DNA of 64,000 nt from Candidatus Latescibacterota bacterium (GCA_965261395.1 OZ253462.1:448001-512000), one strand, 5' to 3'; positions 30,583 to 40,604 are shown, counted from the stretch's first letter. Made by a program: numbers and translations. Notes: generated by a model from the letters alone, not told the origin.

Positions 30583-31352
30583 TGCAGCTCGTCTTCAGCC
30601 CGACTCTATGCCCAGACCTTCTCTTGCCCGAGGTGCTCGACCTAGCCAAAGCGGCCGGCTTCTCTCGCCTCGAACTCTTCCGCGCGTACACCGAGAGCAC
30701 TCCCGTCCACCGCGACTGGTCCGTGCCGATGGTCCGCACCGCCATTGCGGACGCCGACCTGCAACTTGCCGGCTTCAACATCCGCAACCTCACTGGCCGC
30801 AAAACCGACTCCGACGAGCGCAATCTCGCCTACAACCTGCGCCAGCTCGAATGGGATATTCACTTGGGCCGCGCCCTTGGCATCAAAACCCTGAGCACGA
30901 AGGGCGGTGCCCGCACGGACGAGGCGTTCGCCGACCTCATTGAAGGCGTCAACGCGCTCCTCGACAACATCCCCGATATCGCCCTCAACTTGGGCAACCA
31001 CCAAGGCAATCGCCTCCAAGGACTGGCCGACTACCAAGCGGTGATGCCCGAGCTGCCCGAACGGGCGCGCGTACTCTTGGATACCGGCCATCTACTCTCG
31101 GTCGGCGAGCCAATCATGCCGTTTGCCGAGGCCCTCGCCGGGCGCATTGGTCTCGTCCACCTGCGCGACCAGCAGGGCGAAAAGCCCGTGCCCTTTGGGG
31201 AAGGCGAGTTGCCCTTTGCGGAGTTGTTCAAGCTGTTATTGGATAGCGGTTACGACGGCCCCTTCGTCGTCGAGCTTGAGGAGGTCGATTGGGACGAGCC
31301 ACTCCCCGCGGCCATTGCTGCACGAGAATACGTCGAGGCCCTTCTCGCCTGA
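30582..31352 (+). CDS. Sugar phosphate isomerase/epimerase (TIM barrel)
   Basis: NH, LDTGH, VHLRD, PFGEGELPF, YDGPFVVELE. Confidence 0.87.
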   Translation: MQLVFSPTLCPDLLLPEVLDLAKAAGFSRLELFRAYTESTPVHRDWSVPMVRTAIADADLQLAGFNIRNLTGRKTDSDERNLAYNLRQLEWDIHLGRALGIKTLSTKGGARTDEAFADLIEGVNALLDNIPDIALNLGNHQGNRLQGLADYQAVMPELPERARVLLDTGHLLSVGEPIMPFAEALAGRIGLVHLRDQQGEKPVPFGEGELPFAELFKLLLDSGYDGPFVVELEEVDWDEPLPAAIAAREYVEALLA

Positions 31353-31406
31353 GTTTGGGCGCGGTGCCCCGTAGAATCTCAAGCCTGAGCGTTTTACCTT
31401 CGATAT

Positions 31407-31574
31407 CTAAGAGGAGCTTAAAACGGCTTCCAATGGCTTGGGCACCAATTTAACGACCTTTCGCTCGCTTTCTTGCTGGCGCTCTTTTGCTGCCGCAAAC
31501 AAGGCACGCACGTTATAGTCGTGTTGTGCCGCCAATTGTTCGCGAATCGTGCGGACTTCCTCAATGACCGACAC
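31407..31574 (-). CDS. Small antitoxin-like protein (55 aa), possibly 5'-truncated, not in the ORF track
   Basis: Own translation: VSVIEEVRTIREQLAAQHDYNVRALFAAAKERQQESERKVVKLVPKPLEAVLSSS*; resembles small IxEEVRxxR proteins usually next to PIN genes. Confidence 0.55.
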   Translation of the reverse strand: MSVIEEVRTIREQLAAQHDYNVRALFAAAKERQQESERKVVKLVPKPLEAVLSSS

Positions 31575-31586
31575 TACGCGGTGCCC

Positions 31587-32474
31587 CTACTCGTCGGCGT
31601 CCAACAGGAGCCTGAAGGCTTCGAGACTGGGCATCTGTATGGCCGCCCGATGCAACTGCTTGAGGCGCTGCACATCGTCAATGGCCCCAATGCGAGCGGC
31701 CAACTGGTGCATATCCTCCGGCTGAAATCGCAGGGCCAACACTTCAAGGAGAAATTCTCGCCCCCCCTGCTCAATGCCTTGCTCAATGCCTTGCTCAAGG
31801 GCCTTTTCCGTGAAATACTGCACTACCGACGATTCGTACATGGTCGCCTCCGATATGATGGTCATAATCGTTTCTAATCTATACACCAAACCGCTCAAAA
31901 TGGCAAGATCGGCCAGATAATTAGCTTTGAGCACCTCGTCCATCGGCACCTGCTGCGCCCGGTTGACACACTGGCGCAACCACGCTTCCGCATCTACACC
32001 CGCAGGAGGCTGCATCAATGGCGCAAAAGGAAGCAAGCCCGAATGCCCCTCGTCGAGAATGCGTTGACCGTCTAGTTCAACCAGCCGAATCACTTGGTAT
32101 TGCACCAACACTCGGAAGCCGTGCCGCTCTTGGGTATAGTGCCCCGGATCGGTGCGGCCGGCGTCGGGACGCAAATAGATGACGCTGGAGTAGATCGGTA
32201 GGCCGTGCTGCTCAATGCCGCGCCCGATATAGCCGGCCATGCGGCGCGGCATCGGCGGGGTGCTCTCGGTGGTTTGAAATTCGTGATGAACCAACGCCTC
32301 CTCATCGCCGATGCGCACGCGGATGAGGCTATCGGTGCGATGGGCTTCAACGGTGGGTTGCTCGGTGTCAATCACGCCGAGCACCTCAAGGTCGTCGTGC
32401 TGAAGGGCGAAGCGGGCAAAGTCGTGGGGGTAGGTGTGGATGAGATGTTTGGAGATGGTGTCAAATTCGGCCAT
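31587..32474 (-). CDS. Rpn/YhgA-like recombination-promoting nuclease (putative transposase family)
   Basis: FD..SK.L, RTDSL, HHEFQT, MPRRMAGY, VIYL, C-terminal EQGIEQGIEQG repeats. Confidence 0.85.
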   Translation of the reverse strand: MAEFDTISKHLIHTYPHDFARFALQHDDLEVLGVIDTEQPTVEAHRTDSLIRVRIGDEEALVHHEFQTTESTPPMPRRMAGYIGRGIEQHGLPIYSSVIYLRPDAGRTDPGHYTQERHGFRVLVQYQVIRLVELDGQRILDEGHSGLLPFAPLMQPPAGVDAEAWLRQCVNRAQQVPMDEVLKANYLADLAILSGLVYRLETIMTIISEATMYESSVVQYFTEKALEQGIEQGIEQGGREFLLEVLALRFQPEDMHQLAARIGAIDDVQRLKQLHRAAIQMPSLEAFRLLLDADE

Positions 32475-32552
32475 GAGCAATGCCTTGGACGGTTGAGACG
32501 ACGGAGGCGTTCTAGTGGGGAGCCCACCGCGTAACGTCCGCTCCTAACAATC

Positions 32553-32567
32553 GCAATATCCATGCCA
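32553..32567 (-). promoter_or_regulatory. Sigma54-like (-24/-12) promoter upstream of the Rpn gene
   Basis: Minus strand TGGCATGGATATTGC versus consensus TGGCACGNNNNTTGC. Confidence 0.5.
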
Positions 32568-32725
32568 AGGCGGCAGCACAGCGGGGAGGACGGGGCCGTG
32601 CGGGGTTCGACTGTATCGGGCACAACCCATGAATGAAACCTTTAGGGACTATACCGACCCAGAAGTCCCAAAAATTTCGGGTCGGGACGCACGCGGCCCG
32701 AGCAAGTCGTGGTTCATCGTTTTAC

Positions 32726-32881
32726 GATGTTACGCACGGGGGTATGGGATGCTGTTCACGCCTGAAGGCGAGGTGAAACAACTACGCTTCGCTCCGCTCA
32801 GCATGACAGGCAAAGAAAAGGGCTAACCCTTGTCATGCTGAGCGAAGCGAAGCATCCCATACCTAGAGGCCTAGTAACATC
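32726..32881. repeat. Long imperfect inverted repeat (MITE/palindromic element-like)
   Basis: GATGTTAC...GGTATGGGATGCT...CTTCGCTCCGCTCAGCATGACA paired with TGTCATGCTGAGCGAAGCGAAGCATCCCATACC...GTAACATC. Confidence 0.75.
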
Positions 32882-32925
32882 CGTTATTCTTCTAACAGTT
32901 CCTCTGGGGTTTAGAACCTGTCAAG

Positions 32926-34904
32926 CTATCGCAGCAGGATGAGCTTGCGCGTCAAGACAACCTCGTCCGTCACCAGTCGATACAGGTACGCACCGCTGGC
33001 CACAGGACGACCGGCAGCGTCCCGACCGTCCCAATGCAGCCGGTGGAGACCGGCTTGCTGCGGCCCTTGATGCAAGACCGCCACTCGTTGACCGCTCAGC
33101 GCGAACACTTCGAGGCGCGCCGAACCCGATTTTAGCAGGAAGTAGGACAAGATTGTCTGGCTGTTGAACGGATTGGGCGCGTTTTGCAGCAACTGCGGGC
33201 CCTCCAATGCTTGCCCCGCCAACTTGCCGCTTGAGAAAAAATCGTCGAAGCCAGCTAAGTCCGTCTCTTGCCCGGTCGCACTAAAGGTCACCCCCACATC
33301 AAGCCCCGCGACCGTCGCCTCAACCGTGTTGTCCCCCGGAGTGCTGCCCAGCCGCAGGGTGGTGGCGGCGCGGCCGTTGGCATTGGTGGTGGCCGTGGTG
33401 GCCGTGAGGGTTCCCCCGCCAGCGGTGACCGAAAAAGAGACCGCCGCCCCGGCAAAGGCCGCGCCGTTTTCATCCGACACGGACACCACAAACGGCGCGT
33501 CCAGTTGGGCACCGGCTGGTCCTTCTTGGCCATCGCCGGAGACTATGGTCAGGCTATGGGGCGTTGTGTACCCGGTAGCGGTGAAGGTCGCCGACCCAAG
33601 CCCGGCCACCGTCGCCGTGACGGAATTCGACCCCGGAGTGCTGCCCAGCGTCAGCGTGGTGGAGGCTTGGCCGCTGGCATCGCTGGTGGCCGTGGCCGCC
33701 GAGAGCGTCCCTCCACCAGCGGTGACCGAAAAAGAGACCGCCGCCCCGGCAAAGGCCGCGCCGTCCGCATCCAGCACCGAAACCACAAACGCAACAGCCA
33801 ACGTAGCGCCGGCCGGGCCTTGTTGGCCATCGCCGGAGACTATGGTCAGACTATGGGGCTGGGGAGCCGCCGGCTCGTCACCGGCAGAAGTACCGCGCGG
33901 GGTGTCGCTACCGGCTCCCGAATCGTCCGACGATTCCTCCGACTTCGCCTGCGGGGTGTCGCTACCAGTGTCCTGATCGTCCGATGAGTCATCCGACTCC
34001 TCTTGCGGGGAGGTCTCCTCGGCACCTCGACCTACACCAACACCATCATGGGAAAGCTGGTCGGGACCATGTTCGTGGTGGACGTGCTCGCCGGGCGGCA
34101 GGAAAAAATCGTGATAGACATGGCTATGGGACCGATGTCTATGGAATACATAGCCATCATGCTCGTGGTTTATCTCAGCATGACTATGTACATCATCAGG
34201 ACCATACCCCTCTAATGGGCCAGTATTTGGTGGATCCTGTGTTGCTACCCCGCTGTGGCTGGTTCCAAATTGATCTCCCTCTGGATTATGTCTGTGATTC
34301 ACATACCATTCACCATCCCCACCATTGACGCGATGTCCGTGTGCCAGGACATCTAAGTCAGAATGAGAACCGCGGCTATACAGCCCATCATCGTCATAAT
34401 CATAACTACCGAGGTCATGACGATGACGTTCATACTGTAATGGAGAATTGGATCCAACTGCGTGGCCATGCCACGGGCCCAGTCCGCTTTCAATGGTGCC
34501 TTCCTGACCGACTTCGGGTCTGTCTACGCCTGGATGCTCATAGTTCCAATGAATATGTGGCATATACCAGGTTTGTTTTACCCTTCCGTCACCATCCTCG
34601 TTGTAGATCGGGCTGCCTTCTAAGATCGCGTCTTCGTCTTCTGGGGCGTTTGGGTCGCGGTCTCTCCAGCGGTCGAAGGTTCTGTCGTTACCGTCACGCC
34701 GTCGTCATCACCAATAGGGTTTATAATCTCAGAAGCAAAATTGAACCACATCGTATCACTATCCTTATCGTGGTCGTGCCATCGGTGACTTATACTTGCT
34801 GCGTGAGAAGTTCTGGCGTTGTGTCCGCTTGTGTCGTGTGCGCCAGCGTAGTTGGCGACGCAGAGCACGGCGATCGCTAAAGCGATAGAAGCTAAGTTTT
34901 TCAC
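32926..34904 (-). pseudogene. Secreted His-rich protein with two Ig-like repeats and FlgD/T9SS-type CTD; one-base frameshift near 34690-34700
   Basis: AAGGAG RBS, GTG start at 34904 and signal peptide in one frame. The downstream frame is open from about 34705 to 32926. Total length is 1979 nt (3n+2). CTD is NAPNPFNSQT...WDGRD..G..VASGAYLYRL; Ig repeats have a 297-bp period. Confidence 0.75.
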
Positions 34905-34986
34905 GATAGGTCTCCTTCTAAAGAGAGGTTTGTGGAGTGATTCCCCTGATCTCAATCTTGCGACAAATTTCAGGGGGTAGCGTGTC

Positions 34987-35057
34987 AAAGAGGCGGCAAA
35001 CGTGTTCAGACAGGCGCAAAAAGAGGCGGCAAACGTTTGTAAATAAAGGACAAACGT
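34987..35057. repeat. Direct repeats upstream of the His-rich gene
   Basis: AAAGAGGCGGCAAACGT at 34987 and 35020; degenerate AAAGGACAAACGT ending at 35057. Confidence 0.65.
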
Positions 35058-35264
35058 TCATAGCAGGTCGCACGACCAAGGACCGAGCAGGCGCGGCCAA
35101 ACAGACGTTGGCCGCAGTATGGAGAGAGTGGGTCTTAGAGAATTAGGAGGCATAAATAATTGTTTTTGAACGACTTATACTATTATTTCTGTCGTCCAAA
35201 GCTCGGGACCGGACGCTACATGAGGCCACCGCACCAGCCGCTGTCTTATCATCGGAAAGGGAAA

Positions 35265-35333
35265 GGAGGATATGAGGAGGATATGAGGATATATTGATTA
35301 TAAGGCAATCACAACTTATAAGGCAATCACAAC
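35265..35333. repeat. Short tandem duplications upstream of hicB
   Basis: GGAGGATATGA twice, then TTATAAGGCAATCACAAC twice (35298-35333). Confidence 0.75.
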
Positions 35334-35363
35334 GAAAAAACGTTCCCCCGGAGGATAAAGAGT

Positions 35364-35552
35364 ATGATTAAATTGACTGCTGCTATCGAAAAAGAGCAAG
35401 AGACAAGGCTGTTTGTGTCCTATTGCCCTCAGGTAGGTATAGCCAGTCAAGGAAAGACAATGGGAGAGGCAATGGACAACTTGAAAGAGGCCGTGTCCCT
35501 TTATCTCGAAGAAGTTACGGAAAGCCATCACAGGGAGCTACACCTTGCCTAA
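35364..35552 (+). CDS. hicB: HicB-family antitoxin (short form)
   Basis: FVSYCPQVGIASQGKTMGEAMDNLKEAVSLYLE. Confidence 0.85.
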   Translation: MIKLTAAIEKEQETRLFVSYCPQVGIASQGKTMGEAMDNLKEAVSLYLEEVTESHHRELHLA

Positions 35553-35777
35553 AATCCCATCAGGAATATCTTCGGAGAAGGCCCTGAACGCCCTTGTGCG
35601 TTTGGGGTTTTCTCTGTAAGACAGAGGGGGAGTCACATGGTACTTAAAAGATCCTACCCCGAAGGCGGGCACGATACCATGATTCTTATAGAGGGAAACG
35701 AAATGGCTATATTCACCCTTACAGCCAACCTACGGAAAGCCAACGTCGAAATAGACGACTTTCTTGAGGCTCTTTAG
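35545..35777 (+). pseudogene. hicA: HicA-family toxin, frameshifted
   Basis: LPKIPSGISSEKALNALVRLGF, then a shifted frame SVRQRGSHMVLKR...TLTANLRKANVEIDDFLEAL*; one base is missing at GGGGTTTTCTCT (about 35604-35615). Confidence 0.75.
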
Positions 35778-35933
35778 GACCATGATCTGATTCCGTCTTT
35801 TTTATAGCGCATTTTTATTTAGCTAGCAGCATAAAGATTTCTCTGTTCTGATTGGGCTTATTCCACAGTAATCCAATGGACGTTGCCCATGGCAGCTCAT
35901 ACTGCTTCTACTGTCGTGTACTCAGGGCAATGG

Positions 35934-38459
35934 CTAAAAGTTGTAACTGACTTTTGAGTACCAAAATGCCCCATTAAAACCAAATGGGGTGTACTCGCTG
36001 TACTTTTCACCCACAGAACCTTTGTTCCTATTTTCTTCTGGAAAGGTATTGAGCACATTGCGGGAGCCAAGCGTGATCCGCATTTTTTCATTCAGTTTGA
36101 TACTGGTTTCAACATCAAACAACGGCCATACCGCGGGATATGTTTGATCGTTATCTCTGTCCCACCAGGAATCGTAATAGCTCATGCGAATCAAGGAATC
36201 CCACCTATCGTTAAAAGATTGCGTCAGAGTCGCGTTGGCGCGGCTTTGGGGCAGTGCTTCCTCCAGTTGCCGCACGCGAGTCTCGCTCAATGTCTCCGTG
36301 AGTTTGGTTACTTCTGTGTCTGTGAAGTTGTAAACAAAGCTGACATCGCCATTGCCCACAGGTGTGACAAAAACGATGTCAACGCCAAGGGTTCTGGTTT
36401 CGAAGTCGTTGATGAAGAAACGAAAGGTTTGGATATTTCTCGCGCTCGTTATGCCCGAAGCGATCAATTGGTCGCGCTGGGCATCGGCCAGAGAGTAGTC
36501 CGTTGAAATACCGAGGCGGTCCTTCAGGTCAATTAGAAACCCATCAACGGTTAAACTGAAGTTGGCTCTGTCCACAATAAAGCCAGCCGTGAGGTTGTTC
36601 GACTTTTCAGGGTTGAGAGGCTTGCCACCCACCAGTTCGGCCGTGGCGTGGGTTGACGGAATGGTACCTATGTTGACCAAATCATTTAACGCGGGATCGA
36701 ATCGAGTTGATACGTTAAAAGAATTTTGTTGACCGGGTGTGGGTGCTCTGAAACAGGTGCTGAAACTGCCGCGCAATTTCAGGTCTTCGGTGATGCTGAA
36801 GTTGGTAGCTGCTTTGTAGTTGAGGGTCGAACCAAAGTCACTGAAGTTTTCATAGCGCAGCGCGAGACCGAGCAACCAATTGTCCGACGGGGTTAATTCG
36901 GCATCCCCATAAGCCGCATAATTGGACCGACTCCAGTCGCCGGCAGCAATATCGCTAAAGCCGGAAAATCCATTGGACGCCGCACTAAATCCCTGAGAGG
37001 CCAAAGGACCCATTTGATAGGACTCGGGTTGTCCCTGCACAACTTCGTATTTTTCATTTCTGTATTCGAGACCCGCGGCCAAGAAGACCTGATCGCTTAC
37101 CGGAAATGTAAGGTCGAGATTTAAATTGAGGTCTTTTTGGATATAAGTTCCGGGATCAAATTCCGTGGGGGTATTGCGTCCCAAAGAGGCATTTACCGTG
37201 TTCTTGATCGCGAAGTCGGCTTCGTGGCTTCCGTAATAAGCACTGAGGTCCCATGTCCAGAGCGGGTCAAAATTTGCGCCTTTAACCCCCACGAGCAGGG
37301 ACTGATCGGCGGTGGTGCCGCCAAATCGGGGGGTGAAACCGCCGGGAAAGAGTTCGCGGAACGTGAAATAGTCGTCTCTATTATCTAAAACCTGTTGTAG
37401 CGCGTCCGGGTCTGCCACGTTGTCGGTTATGGCGACTACGGGAGGATCGGGCGCATCGGGGTCCAATTTGCCCACGAGCAAGGTCTCACCGCCATCGGCA
37501 CTAAAGACGCCCCCGCGCGTATTGGGATTTCTGAAGAAGAATCCGCCTTCCACTTCTTTGCTCGCATAGTTGGCATAGCCATAGAATTTGGTGTTTTCCG
37601 CCAAGTTCCCGCCGTAGTTGGCGAAGAATTTGAGGTCGTTCCTGATGATGGGCGAACCCCAAATTTGGGCGGGATCGGCCACATCGGTATTGCCGGCGGC
37701 AATGAGTGCTTTGGCGTCATCGCGTTGTGCCGATCGATCCGTCTCATCTGCGTTGCCATATTCCAAGCTGAGGTTGGCCCACGCATTTTCTCTTCCCAGA
37801 CCGATATTGCCAGCGAAACTGTGCGTAAAACCATCGCCGGCCTGATAGATACCGGGTTTGATTTCAATTGAGCCGCCTCGGTAGTGGTCTTTGAGTTGGA
37901 AACTCATCACGCCGGCAATGGCGTCAGAACCGTATTGTGCGGAGGCACCATCGCGCAGGACTTCCACTTGTTTTAGAGCAATCGCTGGAATGACCGATAG
38001 GTCGGCCCCTTGCGCGCCATCTGATACGCCATTGCCATGCCAAACGACGAGAGAGCTGCGATGGCGGCGTTTGCCGTTGATGAGTACCAGCGTGTGGTCG
38101 GGGGCCAAGCCGCGCAGATTGGCAGGACGGACAAGCGTGGAGGCATCACTGATGGGTTGGGTGTTGACATTGAAGGAAGGCACAACCGTTCTCACCAGAT
38201 TTTGCAAATCGGCTTCGCCTTGTTTGCCGATCTCTGCGCTGCTGACCACATCAACGGGCACGGCCGATTCGGCGACAGAACGCGGTTTTGCTCGGGAACC
38301 AATGACCACCAATTCTTCGAGGATAACCACTTGGTCAAGGACAGATGTCGTATCCGTGCTTTCGGAACGCGGCGTTTCCTGCGACGCGGCAGGTCCATAC
38401 GGAATGAGCATGGCAGCCATGCCGAGTACGAGAGACAAAAAACGAGATTTGTGTTGCAT
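35934..38459 (-). CDS. TonB-dependent outer-membrane receptor
   Basis: Signal peptide, EELVVIGSR TonB-box region, plug motifs LRGL...LINGKRRH and VEVLRDGASAQYGSDAIAGV, C-terminal YNF. Confidence 0.93.
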   Translation of the reverse strand: MQHKSRFLSLVLGMAAMLIPYGPAASQETPRSESTDTTSVLDQVVILEELVVIGSRAKPRSVAESAVPVDVVSSAEIGKQGEADLQNLVRTVVPSFNVNTQPISDASTLVRPANLRGLAPDHTLVLINGKRRHRSSLVVWHGNGVSDGAQGADLSVIPAIALKQVEVLRDGASAQYGSDAIAGVMSFQLKDHYRGGSIEIKPGIYQAGDGFTHSFAGNIGLGRENAWANLSLEYGNADETDRSAQRDDAKALIAAGNTDVADPAQIWGSPIIRNDLKFFANYGGNLAENTKFYGYANYASKEVEGGFFFRNPNTRGGVFSADGGETLLVGKLDPDAPDPPVVAITDNVADPDALQQVLDNRDDYFTFRELFPGGFTPRFGGTTADQSLLVGVKGANFDPLWTWDLSAYYGSHEADFAIKNTVNASLGRNTPTEFDPGTYIQKDLNLNLDLTFPVSDQVFLAAGLEYRNEKYEVVQGQPESYQMGPLASQGFSAASNGFSGFSDIAAGDWSRSNYAAYGDAELTPSDNWLLGLALRYENFSDFGSTLNYKAATNFSITEDLKLRGSFSTCFRAPTPGQQNSFNVSTRFDPALNDLVNIGTIPSTHATAELVGGKPLNPEKSNNLTAGFIVDRANFSLTVDGFLIDLKDRLGISTDYSLADAQRDQLIASGITSARNIQTFRFFINDFETRTLGVDIVFVTPVGNGDVSFVYNFTDTEVTKLTETLSETRVRQLEEALPQSRANATLTQSFNDRWDSLIRMSYYDSWWDRDNDQTYPAVWPLFDVETSIKLNEKMRITLGSRNVLNTFPEENRNKGSVGEKYSEYTPFGFNGAFWYSKVSYNF

Positions 38460-38704
38460 TGTACCCCCCTGTGATAAATCTCAGTTCAGTTACGGACACG
38501 ATTGCATTTCACAGAATATGTAGAAGTCAGCAGCAATGCAAGAGATACGTTATACAGACAAAGATACGCTTCAAGCGGACAGAGAATGTCCATTGCGTAA
38601 AAAAATTTAATGGTTGGCTTTTTTGCCCCCACGTACCCCAAGTTTGCCCCAGCCTATACCACCTCATACATTCCCCGCATAGACCCCCACTCAGGAGCCT
38701 ACCT

Positions 38705-40591
38705 ATGAAACGCATCACTACCACCGACTTCCGCGACTATCGCCGCGACCGCTTCATCGACACCCAAACCACCCCCGCCGCCCGCCTCGCCCCCACCTAT
38801 ATGATCACCAACGAAATGGGCGTTGACGGCGACATTTGCGAGGAACTCACCCCTGCTTCTTGTGCAAAAGTCGAATTCGACATCCCCTCGGCTAATCTCA
38901 AAGGGGCCGAACTGCTCTTTTACGTCAACGCCGACAAATCCACCGCCGACAAACCCATGCGGCTCCAAGTCAACGGCCATGTCCTCACCCACCGCCAGGA
39001 CCGTGAGCGCATGCTCACCGGCGGTTGGGACCGCAAGAAAATCGCCGCCAAATACCTCAAAGACGGCACCAACGAATTCGTCTTTTCGCACAGCGGCGTG
39101 TTGCACATCGACCCCTTTCCGGGCGGTCTGGCCGACGCGCCCTCAGGCCGTTCGAGCCGCAGCTTTGACGGCGGCAAGACTTGGCACCAAGGCACTTTGG
39201 GCGAAGCCCGCGCCATCGAAGGCGAGTACCTAGTGAGGTTGCGCATCAAGGGGCACCCGCCCCAAGGGACGCTCTGCTCGCCGGTCATCGACCTCGCCGA
39301 CGAAGAGGGCAGCGGCCGCATTGCCCCGAGGCTGGGAATTCGCCGCCTGCACCTGAAAGCGCGGATGCGCCAGCCGCAGGGGACCCAGATACACTTCGAA
39401 CTGCGCACGGGTTCGACGCCTTCCTTTGATCCGCGCACTTGGACAGCTTGGGAACGATCCACCGCCTTGCAGTGGTCCGGGCGCTTTGCGCAGTGGCGCG
39501 CTGTCCTTGAAACCGATTCGGCCAACAAGACCCCGACGCTCCAGGCCGTCACCCTCGAAGCCGATATCGAGGAAGACGCCCAAAGCCTCGTGCCCTTCAA
39601 GCGGGCAGAATTCGACCAACCCGAGCTCGTGTACAGCTCGTACCCCTTCGCCTATATGGGGCTGCATCCGCACCAAGAGCGACTGCGCAAGCAGTACCGC
39701 CTCGACGAGGTCATCGCCGCGGGCAAAACCGAACTCGAACAACTAGCCCTGTTGCGTGACTGGGTCCACAGCCAGTGGCTAGGCTGGCAATCCGACAAAT
39801 ATCCCCATTGCCCCTCCTGGAATTCGCTCGAAGTCCTCGACACCACCAAAGGCGACTGGGGCTTCGGCATGTGTACCCACTACGGGGCGGTTTTCGCTGG
39901 CTGCGCCTCATCCCTAGGGTGGGTGGCCCGTTCAATCGTCGTCGATCACCATTGCTTGGCTGAGGTCTGGTGCGAAGAGTTGCAAAAGTGGATCCTCGAA
40001 GACGCCGGGCCGAGCCGCGAATTCGACGCCACCTACGAAATCGACGGTGTACCCCTCAATGCCTTGGAGCTACACGAGGCCGCGGCGGACGAGCGGCGCG
40101 AAAAGATCATGGCCAACAAGCTGCCGCAAAAGATCGTCGAACAGATGAGCAGCTATATCGACGTCTTCTGCCGCTTCGGCATTCCGCTGCGCAATACGCA
40201 TCTGATCTTCTCCGAGCCAGCCGAGCTGCGCCACGGTGCCGGGCAGTACCACTGGGACGGCTATTTGTGGTGGTCGGACGATGTCGATCCCCGCTACGCC
40301 GAATACTCCTTGCAGACCTCTCGCACCGGGGACTTCTACTGGTCGGTCAACCAGACGCGGCTCTACCTCCAAGTGGCGGAAAAGGCGCGTACTCTGCAGG
40401 TCGATCTAGAGCACACCGCGCCCAACTTCTCGCACTTCTTGGTGCGCCAAGACGGCAGCCCGTGGCTCGAAGAGCGCGAGGCTCGCTTTGAGTGGACGCT
40501 CACCGCGGGCGAAAACCTGCTCGAAGCGCGGGCGGTCAACGTCTTCGGCAAGAAGGGCCGCATCGCCAAAGCGCACGTCGAAGTGTCGTGA
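38705..40591 (+). CDS. Hypothetical protein with transglutaminase-like C-terminal domain
   Basis: GMCTHYG (Cys), HCLAEVW (His), KWILED (Asp); Asp-box SRSFDGGKTW; AGGAG RBS. Confidence 0.7.
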   Translation: MKRITTTDFRDYRRDRFIDTQTTPAARLAPTYMITNEMGVDGDICEELTPASCAKVEFDIPSANLKGAELLFYVNADKSTADKPMRLQVNGHVLTHRQDRERMLTGGWDRKKIAAKYLKDGTNEFVFSHSGVLHIDPFPGGLADAPSGRSSRSFDGGKTWHQGTLGEARAIEGEYLVRLRIKGHPPQGTLCSPVIDLADEEGSGRIAPRLGIRRLHLKARMRQPQGTQIHFELRTGSTPSFDPRTWTAWERSTALQWSGRFAQWRAVLETDSANKTPTLQAVTLEADIEEDAQSLVPFKRAEFDQPELVYSSYPFAYMGLHPHQERLRKQYRLDEVIAAGKTELEQLALLRDWVHSQWLGWQSDKYPHCPSWNSLEVLDTTKGDWGFGMCTHYGAVFAGCASSLGWVARSIVVDHHCLAEVWCEELQKWILEDAGPSREFDATYEIDGVPLNALELHEAAADERREKIMANKLPQKIVEQMSSYIDVFCRFGIPLRNTHLIFSEPAELRHGAGQYHWDGYLWWSDDVDPRYAEYSLQTSRTGDFYWSVNQTRLYLQVAEKARTLQVDLEHTAPNFSHFLVRQDGSPWLEEREARFEWTLTAGENLLEARAVNVFGKKGRIAKAHVEVS

Positions 40592-40604
40592 ACCTACCCT
40601 GCCT

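Noticed and set aside
32592-32613. GGGGCCGTGCGGGGTTCGAC resembling a tmRNA 5' end or tRNA T-arm
   Set aside because: No matching 3' acceptor strand, T-arm or CCA downstream.
38460-38700. Riboswitch upstream of the TonB receptor
   Set aside because: No cobalamin or TPP consensus elements recognised by eye; an Rfam search would settle it.
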